Source of the DNA: Cyanophora paradoxa CCMP329
Lineage: Eukaryota; Plantae; Glaucophyta
Assembly (NCBI GenBank): GCA_004431415.1
Contig: QPMI01000238.1
Span: 1 to 49,848 of the forward strand
DNA length: 49,848 nt
Direction: 5' to 3'
Shown here: positions 18,524 through 30,844 of the stretch, in pieces
Layout of the letters: the number at the start of each line of letters is the position of its first letter
Numbering within the stretch: the first letter of the stretch is position 1
Translations under genes and position numbers: made by a program
The notes under the pieces: generated by a model
What the model saw: only the letters and a program-made list of their open reading frames with translations
What the model was told of the DNA's origin: nothing
The model's database searches: none

Positions 18524-21500
18524 CTAGCCCTGCTGCGGGATCGAATCCGGGAGGGGCCCGCCGTCGACGCGGGGGAGGACGTGGTGGGGGGGTACCCCCG
18601 CCCCGTGGAGGTCCCAGGCCATGGAGAGGGCGCGCTCGGCGTCCCGCGCCCAGCGCCCCGTGTCGAAGAGGGCGGCCCGCCCCCGCCGCTCCTCCAGCGC
18701 CCTCCTGAGCGCCCCGTGCGAGCCGGGCGCCGGCTCGGGCTCGGGCACCGGCGCAGGGTCGGGCCGGCCGCGGCGGGGCCGCCAGGCGGGGTCGGAGCCC
18801 CAGCGGACGGCCGCGTCCTCGTACTCCTTCAGGCTCCGGACCGCCATCTCGGGGCCCAGGCCCAGCGCCGCCGCGAATCCCGCCATGCCGCGCGACGAGG
18901 CCGTCGCCAGGAGGGGTACCGTGACCGCGGGGAGGCCCGCCCAGAGGAGGTCGGTACCCGTCGAATGGCTGTTGTACACGGGGTTGTCGAGCTGCGCGTC
19001 TGTAGGAGGGGGGGTACGGATCGCGATCAGTTTCGGACTCGAGAGTTCGCGCTCGAGCTCGAGGGCTCGGACCGGCGAGGGTGGCGCGGAGAACGAAGTC
19101 TTTCTTGACGCTGATCCCGGCGAACACGATCCGGCCCTCGCTGATCCCCCTGCGCGCGAGCGAGCGAGCGAGGCGATAAGGAGAAGGGGGCCCAGGGTAC
19201 GCCAAAAAGAAAAGGAAACGGGAAAACGGAGTACCCGGCCTGGACCTCCCGCAAGTTCAATGCCTCCGTGTCCCGCCGCCGCCACAGGACGCTGCGAGGC
19301 CCGCTTAAAGGAGGGGGGGAGGAGGCCGGGGGGGGGGGGTACGGGCGGACGAGCGGGGTACGCGGCGGAGGACGTTGAGCCAAACCTCGAAGGTGGCCGG
19401 GTCCGTCTTGTACAGATTGTTGAAGTTCACGAACACGCTGCGAACGAAGGGAGCGCGGGCTCGCAGCTAAGGAGCGCGGCTCCGTGAAGTTCTGGGGGGT
19501 ACGGGGTACGGGGCTCACAAGCGGTCGGGGGGTAGCTGGAATGCCGCCCGCGTGAACGCGGCGGGCGGGTCCCCCACCTCGGGTATCATCTCCCGGTGGT
19601 CGTTCACCTGTACCCGGGCAGAGCTCGACCGAGAAGCGGGAGGGGGGGAGTAGAGGAATCGGAAGGGGCGCGCCTGGTGCGTGAACGGCATGACGATGAG
19701 GCGCTCCGAGTGGGACGGGCTGCAGGGCGTTAGGGGGTTGTGGGGGAAGGATACAGGGGGTACAGCGGGCGGGAGCATGGGCGGGGTGTAGAGGGCCGAC
19801 CTTGTCTCCGGGGTAGAGGCGACGCGGTCACCTATGTAGTAGTCCACGAGGGCAGCGCCGATGGGGCCGGGGTGCCCCAGCATATGCGCCTGGGGGGGGA
19901 GAGGTCGGGGGGTAGAAGGAGAAAGTGGGGGGGTAGAAGGCACTTGGATGGGGGCCGGTCGCATCGCCAGCACCTCCATTCGGTTCTGGGGGGGGGGGGG
20001 GGGGGGGGGGTAAGCGAAGAAAACGGCATGGGAGCCTAGGTTCTTCGCGCGCCTTCTCGGTGTGCCCGGTTAGGTCGATGAGCACGTGCACGCCGTCCTG
20101 GGGGTACGAGGTTCGGCAATCGCAGGGGGTACGGGGTACGGGGCACGCCTGGCGGATGCGGCGGGCGCAGGCGGGGCTGCTCATCGCCGACGCGTCCACG
20201 TACCTGTGCCCTCCGGGGGGGGGGTCGATCGGTTGGGGTTGGGGTGGGGGGTTCGTTCGGGGCGGGGGTACGCGCACGCGTGGGCCGTGGAGCGGATGAC
20301 GTCGCGGGTAGGGGAGCGGGCGGGGGCATCGAAGTCGTACACGAGGGGTACCGCGATTGACCGGTTGTGGGCCGCCGGCAGGCCCCGGATCTTATGCCGA
20401 TTCACGACGAAGCCGAGGGGGGAAGAGGGGAGGGGGTACGGACCAGGTGCCCCACGGGGTGCTCCCCCAGGTCCCCCGAGAGGTACGCGACCTTAAGGGG
20501 GGGTACCGCCCCCGGGCGCCCGGGGGGTAGCGGTTTCTCGGGAAGCCCGGCGACAACCTTCCGGGCCGCGCTGCGGGGCGAACGAAGTCACGGGGGGGAG
20601 GGGGGAAGAGCAGAGGGGTACGGACGCGTCGGCGACGCGGCGCCAGAGGTCGGGGCGGAGGGCGTAGGCGAGGGAGGCAAAGGGCCCGACGGGCGGCGCT
20701 CGGCCCTGCCCGCGGGCCGGAGGAGAGTCAGCGGGACCCCCCAAGACAGAAAGAAAGGAGAGGCTCTAAGATGCAGATGAGAAGATCTAGTCTCTCTTTC
20801 TGTTTTAAGTTTAAGATGCAAGAGAGCTAAAGCTCGAGAAAGGAACGGCGGCCTCGAGCTAAAATTAGCTCGCCTCGTCGAGGGCGCGCTCGAGGGCCGC
20901 GAAGAGGTCCGCGTCCGACTCCGCCCGCCCGTTCCAGTACCTGCGTACCCCCTGAGGGGGGGGGGGGAATTGGGGGGGAAGGGGAGGGGTACCCCAGGAG
21001 GTATTTGACGTAGTGGAAGTCCGCGAAGGGGACCTGACGGGGAGGGGAGGGGGGGTACGAGATCAGCGGGGAGAAAGGGGTACAGAAAAAGTAGGGGGAT
21101 AGGGGAACCTCGGCATCGTGCGGGGCTCCGCCCCGCTTCGCCTGCACGGCCTTCGCGTACCCCTACCGCCCCTGGTCGGGACGGCGCAGAGGATGGGGGG
21201 GGGGGGAAGGAGCGAGGGGGGTACGGACTCGGAAGAAGCGGTCGAGCTCGTGCTGCCCCTGGCGGGGCCGCGCCTGCTCCGCCGGCACGAAGCGGCTGCT
21301 CGGGGAGTGAGATGCGGGCGGAGGAATCGTAGAGCGGGGGGCCGAGTATATGGGTAGGGGCTAAGTGCTGGGGCGAAGGGCGAAAGGGCGGGGGATCTAG
21401 GGGCTGGGATCATAACCGTAGCTGGCGGGCTCGAAGCCGCGGGCTCGGCTCGCCTGAGGAGGAGGCCGTAGTTGAAGAAGGCGTCGGTGAAGAGCGGGTC

Positions 21501-23251
21501 CCGCCGCACCGCCTCCCGGTACTCCACCAGCGCCTCCGACGCCCGCCCCTGCCCGGAATACAAGGTGGGTGGGAGGGAGGGGGCCCCCGGCTAAGCGAGA
21601 GCGGGGGCAGCGAGGGCGAGGGCCCTGCCCCAGGGCGCCGGCCCGCCCCCCGCGCCCCCCCAGGGGGGCGCGCACGAGGTCGTCGAGGGTGTCGGCGAGG
21701 GACTTGCGGTAGTTCGCCGCCCCGGGGTTCATCCCGATCGCCTGCGCGGGGAGGCGGACGGGCCCGGCCCCTCAGCCCCGGCGGGGGCGGACGGGCCGGG
21801 GCGGGCGAGCTGCGGCGGCGGCCGAGCTGCTCGGGCGCTGCCCCTGGCCCCGCTCACCTTCCGGTACGACTCCTCCGCCTCCTTCACCTTCCGCATCCGC
21901 TGCGCCGAAAAAGACCGGGGGGGTTGGCCCTGGGGCGTCCTCGCTGGATCGAACTGCGGGGAGAGGGCGACCTGCAGGATGAGCCCGAGGTTGTAGTACC
22001 CGGCGTCGAAGTCCTTGTTCAGCTCCGTCGCCTTCCTGTACCCCTCCGCCGCGTCCGCCCTGCAAGGGGGGGGGGGGTGAAGATGGGAAGGGGTACGCGG
22101 CTGGTGCGCCTGCTCCGGCGCACCAGTTCCCCATGTTCTGCGGCGAGGGCAGCGAGCCGTGATTCAGATGGTGGCGGGAGAGGGGGGGTACGAGAGAGGC
22201 GAGCGGGCCCCGGAGTGATGGATGCGTTACTATTTGAGCCAGACAGCTGCAGATAGAGGCAGATGGAAAACGGGGCTCTAGGCTCTAGGCTAAGCAGGCG
22301 CGCCCCGGGCCCCGGGACCCCGGGGCGGACCTCGGAGGCGATGGCCATGTCGTTGTAGAAGGCGAAGTTGCCCGGCTGCACCGCGATCGCCTTCCTGTAG
22401 TACTCCACCGCCTGCTTGGGTTGGGGAAGGGGGGAGGGGAGAGGGGGGGGGGGAAGGGGACCTTCGCCGGCTGGCCCGACTGGTCGAAGGCTGTCGGGGG
22501 CGCGGGCTGGTCGGCGGGAGGGCGGGGAGGGGGAGACGGGGAGGGGCGGGACGGGGGGGATATCGGACCCCGGGCGACCATGCGCAGCGCCTCGGGGAAC
22601 TGCGGGTGCAGCTCGATGGCGCGCCTGCGCGCGGAGAGGGGCGAACGGAGCGGAGCCGAATCGCTTGTGCGCTGGGAGCGCCGGCGGGGGAAGCCAGAGA
22701 GGCGCACAGGTAGCTCGGGATGGCCTTGCCCGGGTTCTGCAGCTCCATGTGGATCGCACCGACCTGGTACCACCCTGCGGGGGGATCGGCGCCGGCGCTC
22801 TAGGGGCGGATCTGCAGCTGCGCGGCGTGCGTGCGCGGCGCGCACGGACGGGGTCGGCCGGGGCGAGGGCGGCGGACTCCTCGAAGCACGGGAGAGCATC
22901 GGCGAAGCGCTGCTGCCCGTGCAGCTTCAGGCCCGCCTCCCTGCGCCCGCCCCGGAGCCGTCAGCGCGCTCGACGATGGCGCGCTGCGCATGCGCACGTC
23001 AGGTCCTCGGCCCGCACGTCGGACGCGCGCTTTTCTGTCTTGCAGACAAACTTCGACGGCCGCTGGGCGGCTGGTGCCGCCGCCTTGCCAGCGCTCGATG
23101 CGGGGCCGGCCGCCGCGGACTTGGCGCGCTTTGGCTTGGCGGCGCCCGCGAGCTCGCATGCGGCGAGGGCGATCAGCAGGCCCAGGATGGCTGCGCCTGA
23201 CGTTCTCAACCGCGCCGCACGCCCGCCGGCGCTCGCGCGCGGCCGCAGCAT
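18524..23251 (-). CDS. TPR-containing GT41 glycosyltransferase (O-GlcNAc transferase, OGT/SEC-like), multi-exon
   Basis: TPRs (QAVEYYRKAIAVQPGNFAFYNDMA; EALVEYREAVRRDPLFTDAFFNYG); catalytic motifs DGVHVLIDLTGHT, LAMRPAPIQ, MPFTHQVNDH, FVNFNNLYKTDPATFEVWLNVL, LDNPVYNSHSTGTDLLWAGLPAVT, LFDTGRWARDAE. Confidence 0.9.
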
Positions 23252-23356
23252 CGGTCGGTCCGCTGAGTGCCGAACGCCACGTGACGCCGCCTTTCTTCTT
23301 CTTCGATGGTCGATGTTGGATCGATGAACGGTTGCAGGCAGCAAGCTTCCTTGAAG

Positions 23357-24787
23357 ATGGCGGCACCTGGGTACGCGTAGGAGGCAGTTGCGAGCCAGGC
23401 CGAGGTTGCTCGCCATGCCCCCGGCGGCGCTCACGGTGCGCCTTGTTCGCGCCACGGCCTCCAAATGGCCGTGGCCCGCTTCCGCCGCGCGTCCGCCGAC
23501 CACGGCCTCGCACGCAGAGCGAGGAGATCGCCGAAGCAAAGGAAGCGTTCGGCCTATTTGACAAGAACGGTCCGCCGCTGTCGCGCGGCGTGTCCTCGTC
23601 CGGTTCTGCTCGAATGACCGCTGACCGCGCCGCCCCGGGATCGCGCAGGCGACGGGAAGGTCACGCGAGAGGAGCTTGAAGCCAATGACGAGGAGATTGG
23701 CGTGGACCTCAGCTCTTCCGAGCTCCGGGTGAGCGGCGACCGAGGTCTAGGCGTTAGCTACAACGCCGGCTCCCCGCGGCTGACCCCGACGGTCCGCCCC
23801 CGCGCTCTTCTGCAGAAAACGATCCAGGGGCTCGACAAGGACGGCAGCGGCGTGATTGCATTCGACGAGGTCAGAGCGCGTGCTCCCGCCGGCGCCGCGG
23901 GCGGGGCGCCTTCGCGCCAGAACCTCTCAGCCACGGGCGCGGGCGCTTAGCTATGAAGTCCGGGGGAAGTCTCGGGCCTAGGGAGGGCGCCCCCCAGTGC
24001 TCACTCGCGGCCCGGGCGCATTCGCAGTTCCTGGCGGCGGCGGCGGCCCAGGCGCCGCAGCCGGCGCCGGCGGCGCCGCAAGACGAGGCGGCCGAGGCCA
24101 AGGAGGCTTTTCTCGCCTTCGACAGGAACGGTCCGCGCGCCGCCGCGACCCGCCGCCGTCGCCGCCGCCGCCCTCCGCCCTCCGCCCTCCGCCAGGCCTC
24201 GACGCCGGGTGCGCATGCACAGGGGACGGGCGGATCGGGCTGGAGGAGCTGGACGCCTTCCACGAGGAGATGGGCGCCAACCCGAGCGCCCCCGAGCTCC
24301 GGGTCCGCCCGCCCGCCCCATCCTGTGTAGCCGGGGCCGGGCCTATCTAGCTAGCGCCCGCTAGACCTCAGCGGCCGGCCCGTGCGCGTGGCCGGAGCCG
24401 GGCCCAGCGCCACGCCATAGTAAAGGTCGGGATGGCTAGGCCTTCAAGCTGGGACCCGAGCTCTGGGCGGGCCCGCCCGCCGCGCAGAGGACGATCCAGG
24501 GGCTGGACAAGGACGGCAACGGCACCGTAGACTTTAAGGAGGTCCGTGCTCCCGCTGGGGCCGCGGCCGCGGCCGTGGCCGCCCGGCCGATCTAGCCAGT
24601 GAACGCTGCGCGCGCCTGGCCCCCGCTGCGGGCCAGCGCCCCGGACCCCGACCCCGCTCGCGCTCGCGCAGTTCGCGGGGGTCATCGGGGGCGCGAGCCA
24701 GGCCCTGGATGAGTGCCCCCCCCTCGTCGCCGAGGGGGCCGAGGACGCGGCGCGCGCTGGGCTCGAGGTCGAGCTCGACCCCGACGA

Positions 24788-24818
<31 letters not shown>

Positions 24819-24857
24819 GCCGCCGACGAGCCCCAAGGCGACTTCTTCCACCTGTAG
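23357..24857 (+). CDS. Calmodulin/centrin-like protein with four EF-hands, multi-exon
   Basis: EAKEAFGLFDKNG|DGKVTREEL, LDKDGSGVIAFDE|F, EAFLAFDRNG|DGRIGLEEL, LDKDGNGTVDFKE|F; TAG 24855-24857. Confidence 0.88.
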
Positions 24858-26339
24858 ACTAGCATGAGATAGCAACACTTCGCTCTTATCGACGCGACGT
24901 CGACGCCGAGCGCGAGCTCCCGGGCCGCCGGCGCCGAGCTGGGGCCGTGCCCCAGGACGAGTCTCTCTACTAGGCTATCATCTCGCTGGCCATGGCCGCC
25001 GGCCGCCGGCCGCGGCCGCGGGCGCCAGCTAGCTATAGCGCCGTCGCTGGCTGCATATGTATGATGGGAGCCGAAATTTGATCCGCGCAGCTAGACCGCT
25101 TTTATATGCCCAAGTTCGGTCCTCCCCCCCACCCGGGTACACAAACATCAAGTGCGAAGCAACTGTCGGCTTGCTGCGGACCGGCGCCCAGCGGCGCCCC
25201 AGCGCTCTGTGCGATAGCACAGGGCAGGTAAGATTGATTGGCACCTCGGTACGTCGGCTCCGCGATTCTCCCATCACTTCCGTCACATATCAACCCGCGG
25301 GCAGAGCGGAGTATGTGTTGATCCGACTTTTTTGAACCACTATTTCGATCAGACCACACCATAGCAGAATGTCGATGAAGGTGCGGAAGCCGAATCGCCG
25401 GTCGGTGGGCGGCAGCCTTCGCAGGCGTTGGGCTGTCCGCGCTGGGCTGGGTTTATGTTAGACGTTACTCTGGACGGAATGCCCCGCTCCGGCGCAGTGG
25501 CGCCCATGACGGTGCCGTCGTGCTCACTTGTTTGGTCCGATCCGCAGCTGGAGATCAAGGTGGACGCAATTGAGAGGGGCCTGACCGCCGCACTCTCGAG
25601 TCCCTCAACCACGGTCCTCAAGGCCGTGCGAGCGGCGAGCCCGAGGCCTCCACCGAACTTCAACAGCGGCGCGGCAATTCAGCGCGCCAACTCGCTGGTC
25701 GGTTCCCGTTTCAAGAATCCTTTCCTGCTTATCTAACTCTCTTGCAGCCGGACCAGGAGTTCAAGCAGAGGCATGCCCGGAAGGCTGAGGCACGCGAGTG
25801 GTGAGTGGTGCCTCTCCTGGCGCTATCGTGAACTCGGGCCAATCTTCCCATCAGGTACTGGTGATAAGCGGTCTGGATTTTCTGTACAGAATGGGGTGGC
25901 TCTGTCTTTTCCGCTTTTTTTGCTCTGGGGTTTTGCGTAGCGCGCAGCTAGGCTTCCAGGTCTTTCTGTTGGGTGCTACGTCGGGGTTAGCTGGGGGATG
26001 CAGATCTTCTATGGAAGTATTTGTTTGTCGTAGTGCTTTCTGACGACAATACCGAAAGGATGCCATCACGATCAACATGCGCTGCCCCGCCGGGCGCCAT
26101 CAGATGCTTCGACTTGCACGCCTCACGCAACTTGGGCAAGTGCTGGCTGTCCTGAGGCTTCATGATTTGAGCATGCCCGCTTTTGCGCAACGCCCGGCTT
26201 ATGACCAGTGAAGGCGGCTCTTCTTTCGACAATAGATCTAGACACGCATAATTACCCAGTAAAACAACAACAACTGTGAAACTAGCTCGACGAGGTAATA
26301 CTTACAGGGGAGGCAAGGAAAGGAAATGGCAAAAATGGA

Positions 26340-27917
26340 TCAGCTGTCCCCGAGGGCGTCTACCTGATCCCCCCCCGCGGGCTCCGGGGACGGCGGCTCG
26401 TCGCCGGGCGGTGCGGAGAAGAGGTGGTCGGGGAGGCTGGCGGCGCGGTCGCGGAAGATGGGGATGTCAGCGAGCTCCTCGCGGCTGGCCCGCATCTGGA
26501 CGAACTTGCGCGAGTGCAGCGAGCTGCTGGCGCCCGAGTAGCGCCGGAGTTTGGTGAGGTCGGGCCGCGCGAGCGGCCGCGGGTTCAGCACGCGCTCCAT
26601 CTCCAGCGGGGGCACCACGTCCCGGAAGCGCAGGCGCCCCAGGTTGCTGCTCACCATCTCGTCGTCCCAGTCCAGGAGCGAGATGTCGCTCAGCTCCTCC
26701 ATCTCCGCGATCTGCCGCCCGCTAAGCAAAAGAAAGGAAAGGAAAGGAAAAAAGGAAGGGACAGGGCGCACGAGGTCGGCGGGGTGGAGATCGGGCTCGT
26801 GGAGGACGCCGTGCTTCCAGGCGCCCAGGGCGAGGTCGGCCCGCCCGCGGCGGACCGGGGGCCCCGTCGTGCGGCCCGTGCTGCCCTCGTCCGAGTCCGC
26901 GCCGTTGTAGGGTGTGAGGGCGGGCAGGGAGCAGCGGCGGGAGATGCCGAAGGAGATGCGGCGGGGCGGGGCGGGGCGGGGCGACTCCGACTCGTCGGCG
27001 TCCAGCGGGGGCGGCAGCGGCCACTCCTCCGCGTTGAAGGTGTCCCGCTCCTCCTCCCGCTCGCGGGCGGTGGTGAGGGAGACACGTCGCGAGGGACCCA
27101 GCGAGGGGATCCGCAGGCCCGAGGCTGGCGGCAGGATGAACTTCGACGCATCCAGCAGGTTGCTGTTCGAGAGGACACGCGCGCTCGAACACCGGCTGCG
27201 GGGCGGCATCCTCGACACGCTCTGCACGCTTGCCCTCCTGGGCTCGCGGCCGGGCGTGACCGCTGGGCTGATCATGCCGCTGAATACCGAGGAACTCATG
27301 ATCGTTCCGCTGGGGATCGCAGTGCTGACCGCCCCCGTTTGCATTGAAACGATCCTTGGCAGATGAATGACCTGCCCGGGGCCGACGGCTTCGGACGAGG
27401 AGTCGGCCTCTTCATTGCTTCCATAGAGGACTTCATGGAGATCCTGCGGAAGCGGCGTCAGGGGCGCTGGCACTAGAGCGCTCAAGAACGCCACGTGTGG
27501 AAAGAAAGCAGACCTCCTCCGATCGCACAAAGGTTGGCAGCGCCTTGTGCAACTCCTGTATCGAAGGCCGCTTGCTTGATGCTCTCCTTTCGGTGGATCT
27601 ACGTGAGCAGGTGGCCCGCTCGGACTTGTGCGGGTCCGCCGCTGAAGTTGCTGTTTTGGGCGTGGCCGACGAGCTCTGCGTAAGAACGCCGAGATCCTTG
27701 ACAGCCTCTTCAATTGCCGCCTTCTCTGCGCTGCCTGCGATCCGCTGTCAGTGGCGCGCGACCCACTCGGAATTGAAGGGACAAGCATGCCTAGCAGAGC
27801 ACGGCCATTGAGCGAGGGCGCATCCGCCTTGTCTACAACAGGGTTGATCACTGAGGCCCTGTAGGCGACGCCCGGACGGTGCAGGCGCCGCAGGCCGGAC
27901 GAGCAAGCGCAACCCAT
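26340..27917 (-). CDS. Host hypothetical Ser/Arg/Pro-rich protein with an N-terminal MGCACSS acylation motif
   Basis: 525-codon ORF reading through probable in-frame introns; MGCxxS fits N-myristoylation/palmitoylation. Confidence 0.55.
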   Translation of the reverse strand: MGCACSSGLRRLHRPGVAYRASVINPVVDKADAPSLNGRALLGMLVPSIPSGSRATDSGSQAAQRRRQLKRLSRISAFLRRARRPRPKQQLQRRTRTSPSGPPAHVDPPKGEHQASGLRYRSCTRRCQPLCDRRRSAFFPHVAFLSALVPAPLTPLPQDLHEVLYGSNEEADSSSEAVGPGQVIHLPRIVSMQTGAVSTAIPSGTIMSSSVFSGMISPAVTPGREPRRASVQSVSRMPPRSRCSSARVLSNSNLLDASKFILPPASGLRIPSLGPSRRVSLTTAREREEERDTFNAEEWPLPPPLDADESESPRPAPPRRISFGISRRCSLPALTPYNGADSDEGSTGRTTGPPVRRGRADLALGAWKHGVLHEPDLHPADLVRPVPSFFPFLSFLLLSGRQIAEMEELSDISLLDWDDEMVSSNLGRLRFRDVVPPLEMERVLNPRPLARPDLTKLRRYSGASSSLHSRKFVQMRASREELADIPIFRDRAASLPDHLFSAPPGDEPPSPEPAGGDQVDALGDS

Positions 27918-28216
27918 TTCCTCGTCCTCTCCAGCGTGATTGCGCTGCGCGCTGAAATGTACGACTAGCTAGCTTCCATCTCCTGGCGCCGCCCAGGAAG
28001 GTCCGGCTGCTGAGCTGGAAGTTTGACACAAGGAACTTGGGATTTGCGGGGTACAGCGAGAAAGGCTTGACGAATTTGCAAGCGAAGCAGGCCCGGCCCC
28101 CAATTGCAACCAACCAACTTTGAACCCCGCTAGCTTTAAGATCAACAGGGCGGTTCGCGCGGCGGAACCCTCGTCCCTGAGCGAGCGCCTCTCGTTGAAG
28201 ACCAGTCGAATCCGGA

Positions 28217-30741
28217 ATGCTCGCGCGAGGCGGCGGGACGCTGCATTTGCCTCTGTATCACCGAGACGGCGATGGCGAGGACAGCCCTCGCGCCAAGTAC
28301 AAGCGCTCGGCGCTTCGGCGGTTTGTGCGTGTGCTGCGGAAGAATCGACGGGCCGCGCTCGCAGTTTCGCTTTTGAGCGTCGTCCTCCTCGTCTTCCTCT
28401 TCTCGTCGACGGGGACGGCGGCCTCGTCTAAGCTGCAGGCAGTCCGGTCGAAGCTGCAGCGCGGGGGGTCGGAAGCCCACGCGCCGGCGGCGCTGAATCT
28501 GATGGAGGCCGGGTCCGAGCGGCAGGCGCCTCCGCCGGTTCGCTCGCTCGCTCTGCCCCCTGCCGCCGCCCGACGCTCCCCGCAGTACTGCACCCAGTTC
28601 CCGATCTACCTCGACGTCGGCCGGCCGCCGTCCTGCATGCGGCCGACCGTGTCGATTGTCTTCACGACCAAGCGCCCCGGTGCATCCCTCGCTCCGCGCG
28701 GCGACAGATTTCGACTCACGCAGCATTGGTTCAATCGCAGGCGGGATCGACATTCTCTTCCATTCCCTGTGCGGCGGGGCCCTCCCGCGCGCGTTCTCTT
28801 CTCTGAAGCCCCGCCGCTTTCAGCGCGAATCAGACAAGCACCGACTACGAGGTGCCGCCGCCTGGCGCCTCGGCACGGGCCCTGCGGGGCGACTCACCGC
28901 CGCCGCCGCCGCGTGCGCAGCTCATCTGCATCGACGAGCTCGCTCAGTACCGATCCACCAAAATGTACGACTACGCGAGGCGCCTCGGCGTCAACCTCGT
29001 GCCCTCCTTTCCCCCCGGCCCGCCTGCCCGCGTACCCCCTCCGAACCCGCGGGGGGTACAGGTCGCGGTGGTTCCCTCGAAGCCCAAAATGGATCGCGAC
29101 ATGGACAAGAAGTTCGGTGCGCCCCCAGATCGCGTACCCCCGCGGGATCGCATCACGCCCGCCCCGCAGGAATCTACAAGGCCCTTAACACGGGCCTTCT
29201 TCTCGCCTCCGGCGACGTCATCGGTACCCCGGCCATCTCCCAGTACCCCTCCTTACCCCCTCTTGATCGCGTACCCCCCCAGCCTCCGTGATGGACTACG
29301 CCTGGCTCCCCGCGAGCTTCGTGGAGCGTACGGCCGAGTTCTACCGCCGCAACCCCAAGTCCTTCCTCGGTACCCCCCTTTCTCCAGATTCCTCGTTTCC
29401 CCTTCCTTGGTACTCACGACGACCCTTTGCGCAGCGTACCCCGTCCGCGGCGCCCTCGCCTCTCAGTCTGCCCCCAATGACATTTTGGGCCCTTGTACCC
29501 ACGCGCAGATGATGCACATCGGCCTACCCGATATCCGGAACCGCTTCATCGACATCTCGCAGGCGCCCGCGTACCCCCCTTCATGCGCTTTGTACCCCTC
29601 ATACCCGGCGGCCGCAGCTCGAGAACCCCCTCGCTCTCACCGTGTGGAAGAAGGAGATGACTGTACCCATCTCCGCCGTCGAGGGCGCGGGAGGTGCGGT
29701 ACCCCCCTCGGGCCCAACCTTCCGCCCGCCACGGCCGCCAGGGCCCCAGCCCCTCTTTGATCGCAAGTCCCTTCGCCCGCCTTTCTCCCCCCCCCCCCCC
29801 CCCCCACCCCCCACCCCACCCCCGCGCCCTACTATCCGCGTCTCCCGTTCCGCTCTCGCTCCTGCCCGTTCTTCCCCTTCGCTCGCGCCCCTCTGAACCT
29901 GCCCCGCGCGCGCTGCGGGGACGCTCAACAGCAGCACCCTACTACTGGTGCGCCACGTACCCTCCGCAGCTCTGCCGTCGTACCCGCGAACGCCCCCTGC
30001 GTCAGGCGGCCGGACAAGGCTTGGCAGGCGGCGAACAAAGACTTCACCATCCAGTCCGGGCAGGACCGCTACTGTCCGCCCGCGCCCCGCGGCGGCGTAA
30101 CCCTCCACTCGAAGCTGACCCTGTACCCCCAGGGGAGCTCGCGCACGCGTCGGCGCCCTGGTCGGCCTTCGAGGAGCTCAACGGGTACGACGAGTACTTG
30201 GACTCGGGGGACGACTGGTGCGGGGGTACACGCGCTTCCCCGGTTTTTCGGCCGATCTCGCGCCCGCAGCCACGAGGTGAATGTGCGGGAGCGCGCCGAG
30301 ATCCTGGGTTACGACCTCTGGATCGACGGCGGGAGCGTCGGTGCGCGCGATGCCGTACCCCCCTTCCCCCCAACCACCCCCGACGCCGTGCGCCAGTTGA
30401 GAACGTGGAGCACCGCACATTCACCGTTAAGGAGAAGGACCCCCAGTGGCAGGCGAGCGTTCCTCCGAGGCGAACGTTCCCCAGACCTCACTGTACCCCG
30501 CTTTGCAGCGCTTCGCGGAGGACACGAACATCAACCTGCACTGGGACCGCATGGGCAAGATCCGGGAGAAGGTTCGCCTACCCTGTACCCCCAGCCGGGC
30601 AGCCCGGTTACGTTCCGCTCCAAGCTTAGCTCTGAGCAGAAGGAGGACATCAGGAGCGACAACGGGTGGGACCTGCGCACGTGGCGCAAGCTCGACTGCG
30701 CCAAGGCCATCTACGGCCTCAAGTGCCCGCCCCGCAGCTAG
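28217..30741 (+). CDS. Type II membrane glycosyltransferase, GT-A fold (GT2-like), multi-exon
   Basis: TM anchor AALAVSLLSVVLLVFLF; PTVSIVFTTKRPG, ELICIDE, GIYKALNTGLLLASGDVI, DYAWLPASFVE, AFEELNGYDEYLD; TAG 30739-30741. Confidence 0.75.
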
Positions 30742-30844
30742 CGCTAGCCAGGAACGCATAATGGATTGTGGAGCTCGAGGTCGGAACTTCAGAACGAGGG
30801 GGGTGGGGGGGGGGGGGGAGGGGAAAGAAAGGGGCTGCGGGGCG

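Noticed and set aside
25030-26280. Short exon-like pieces between the EF-hand gene and the MGCACSS gene
   Set aside because: I could not build a coherent gene model or recognise a domain.
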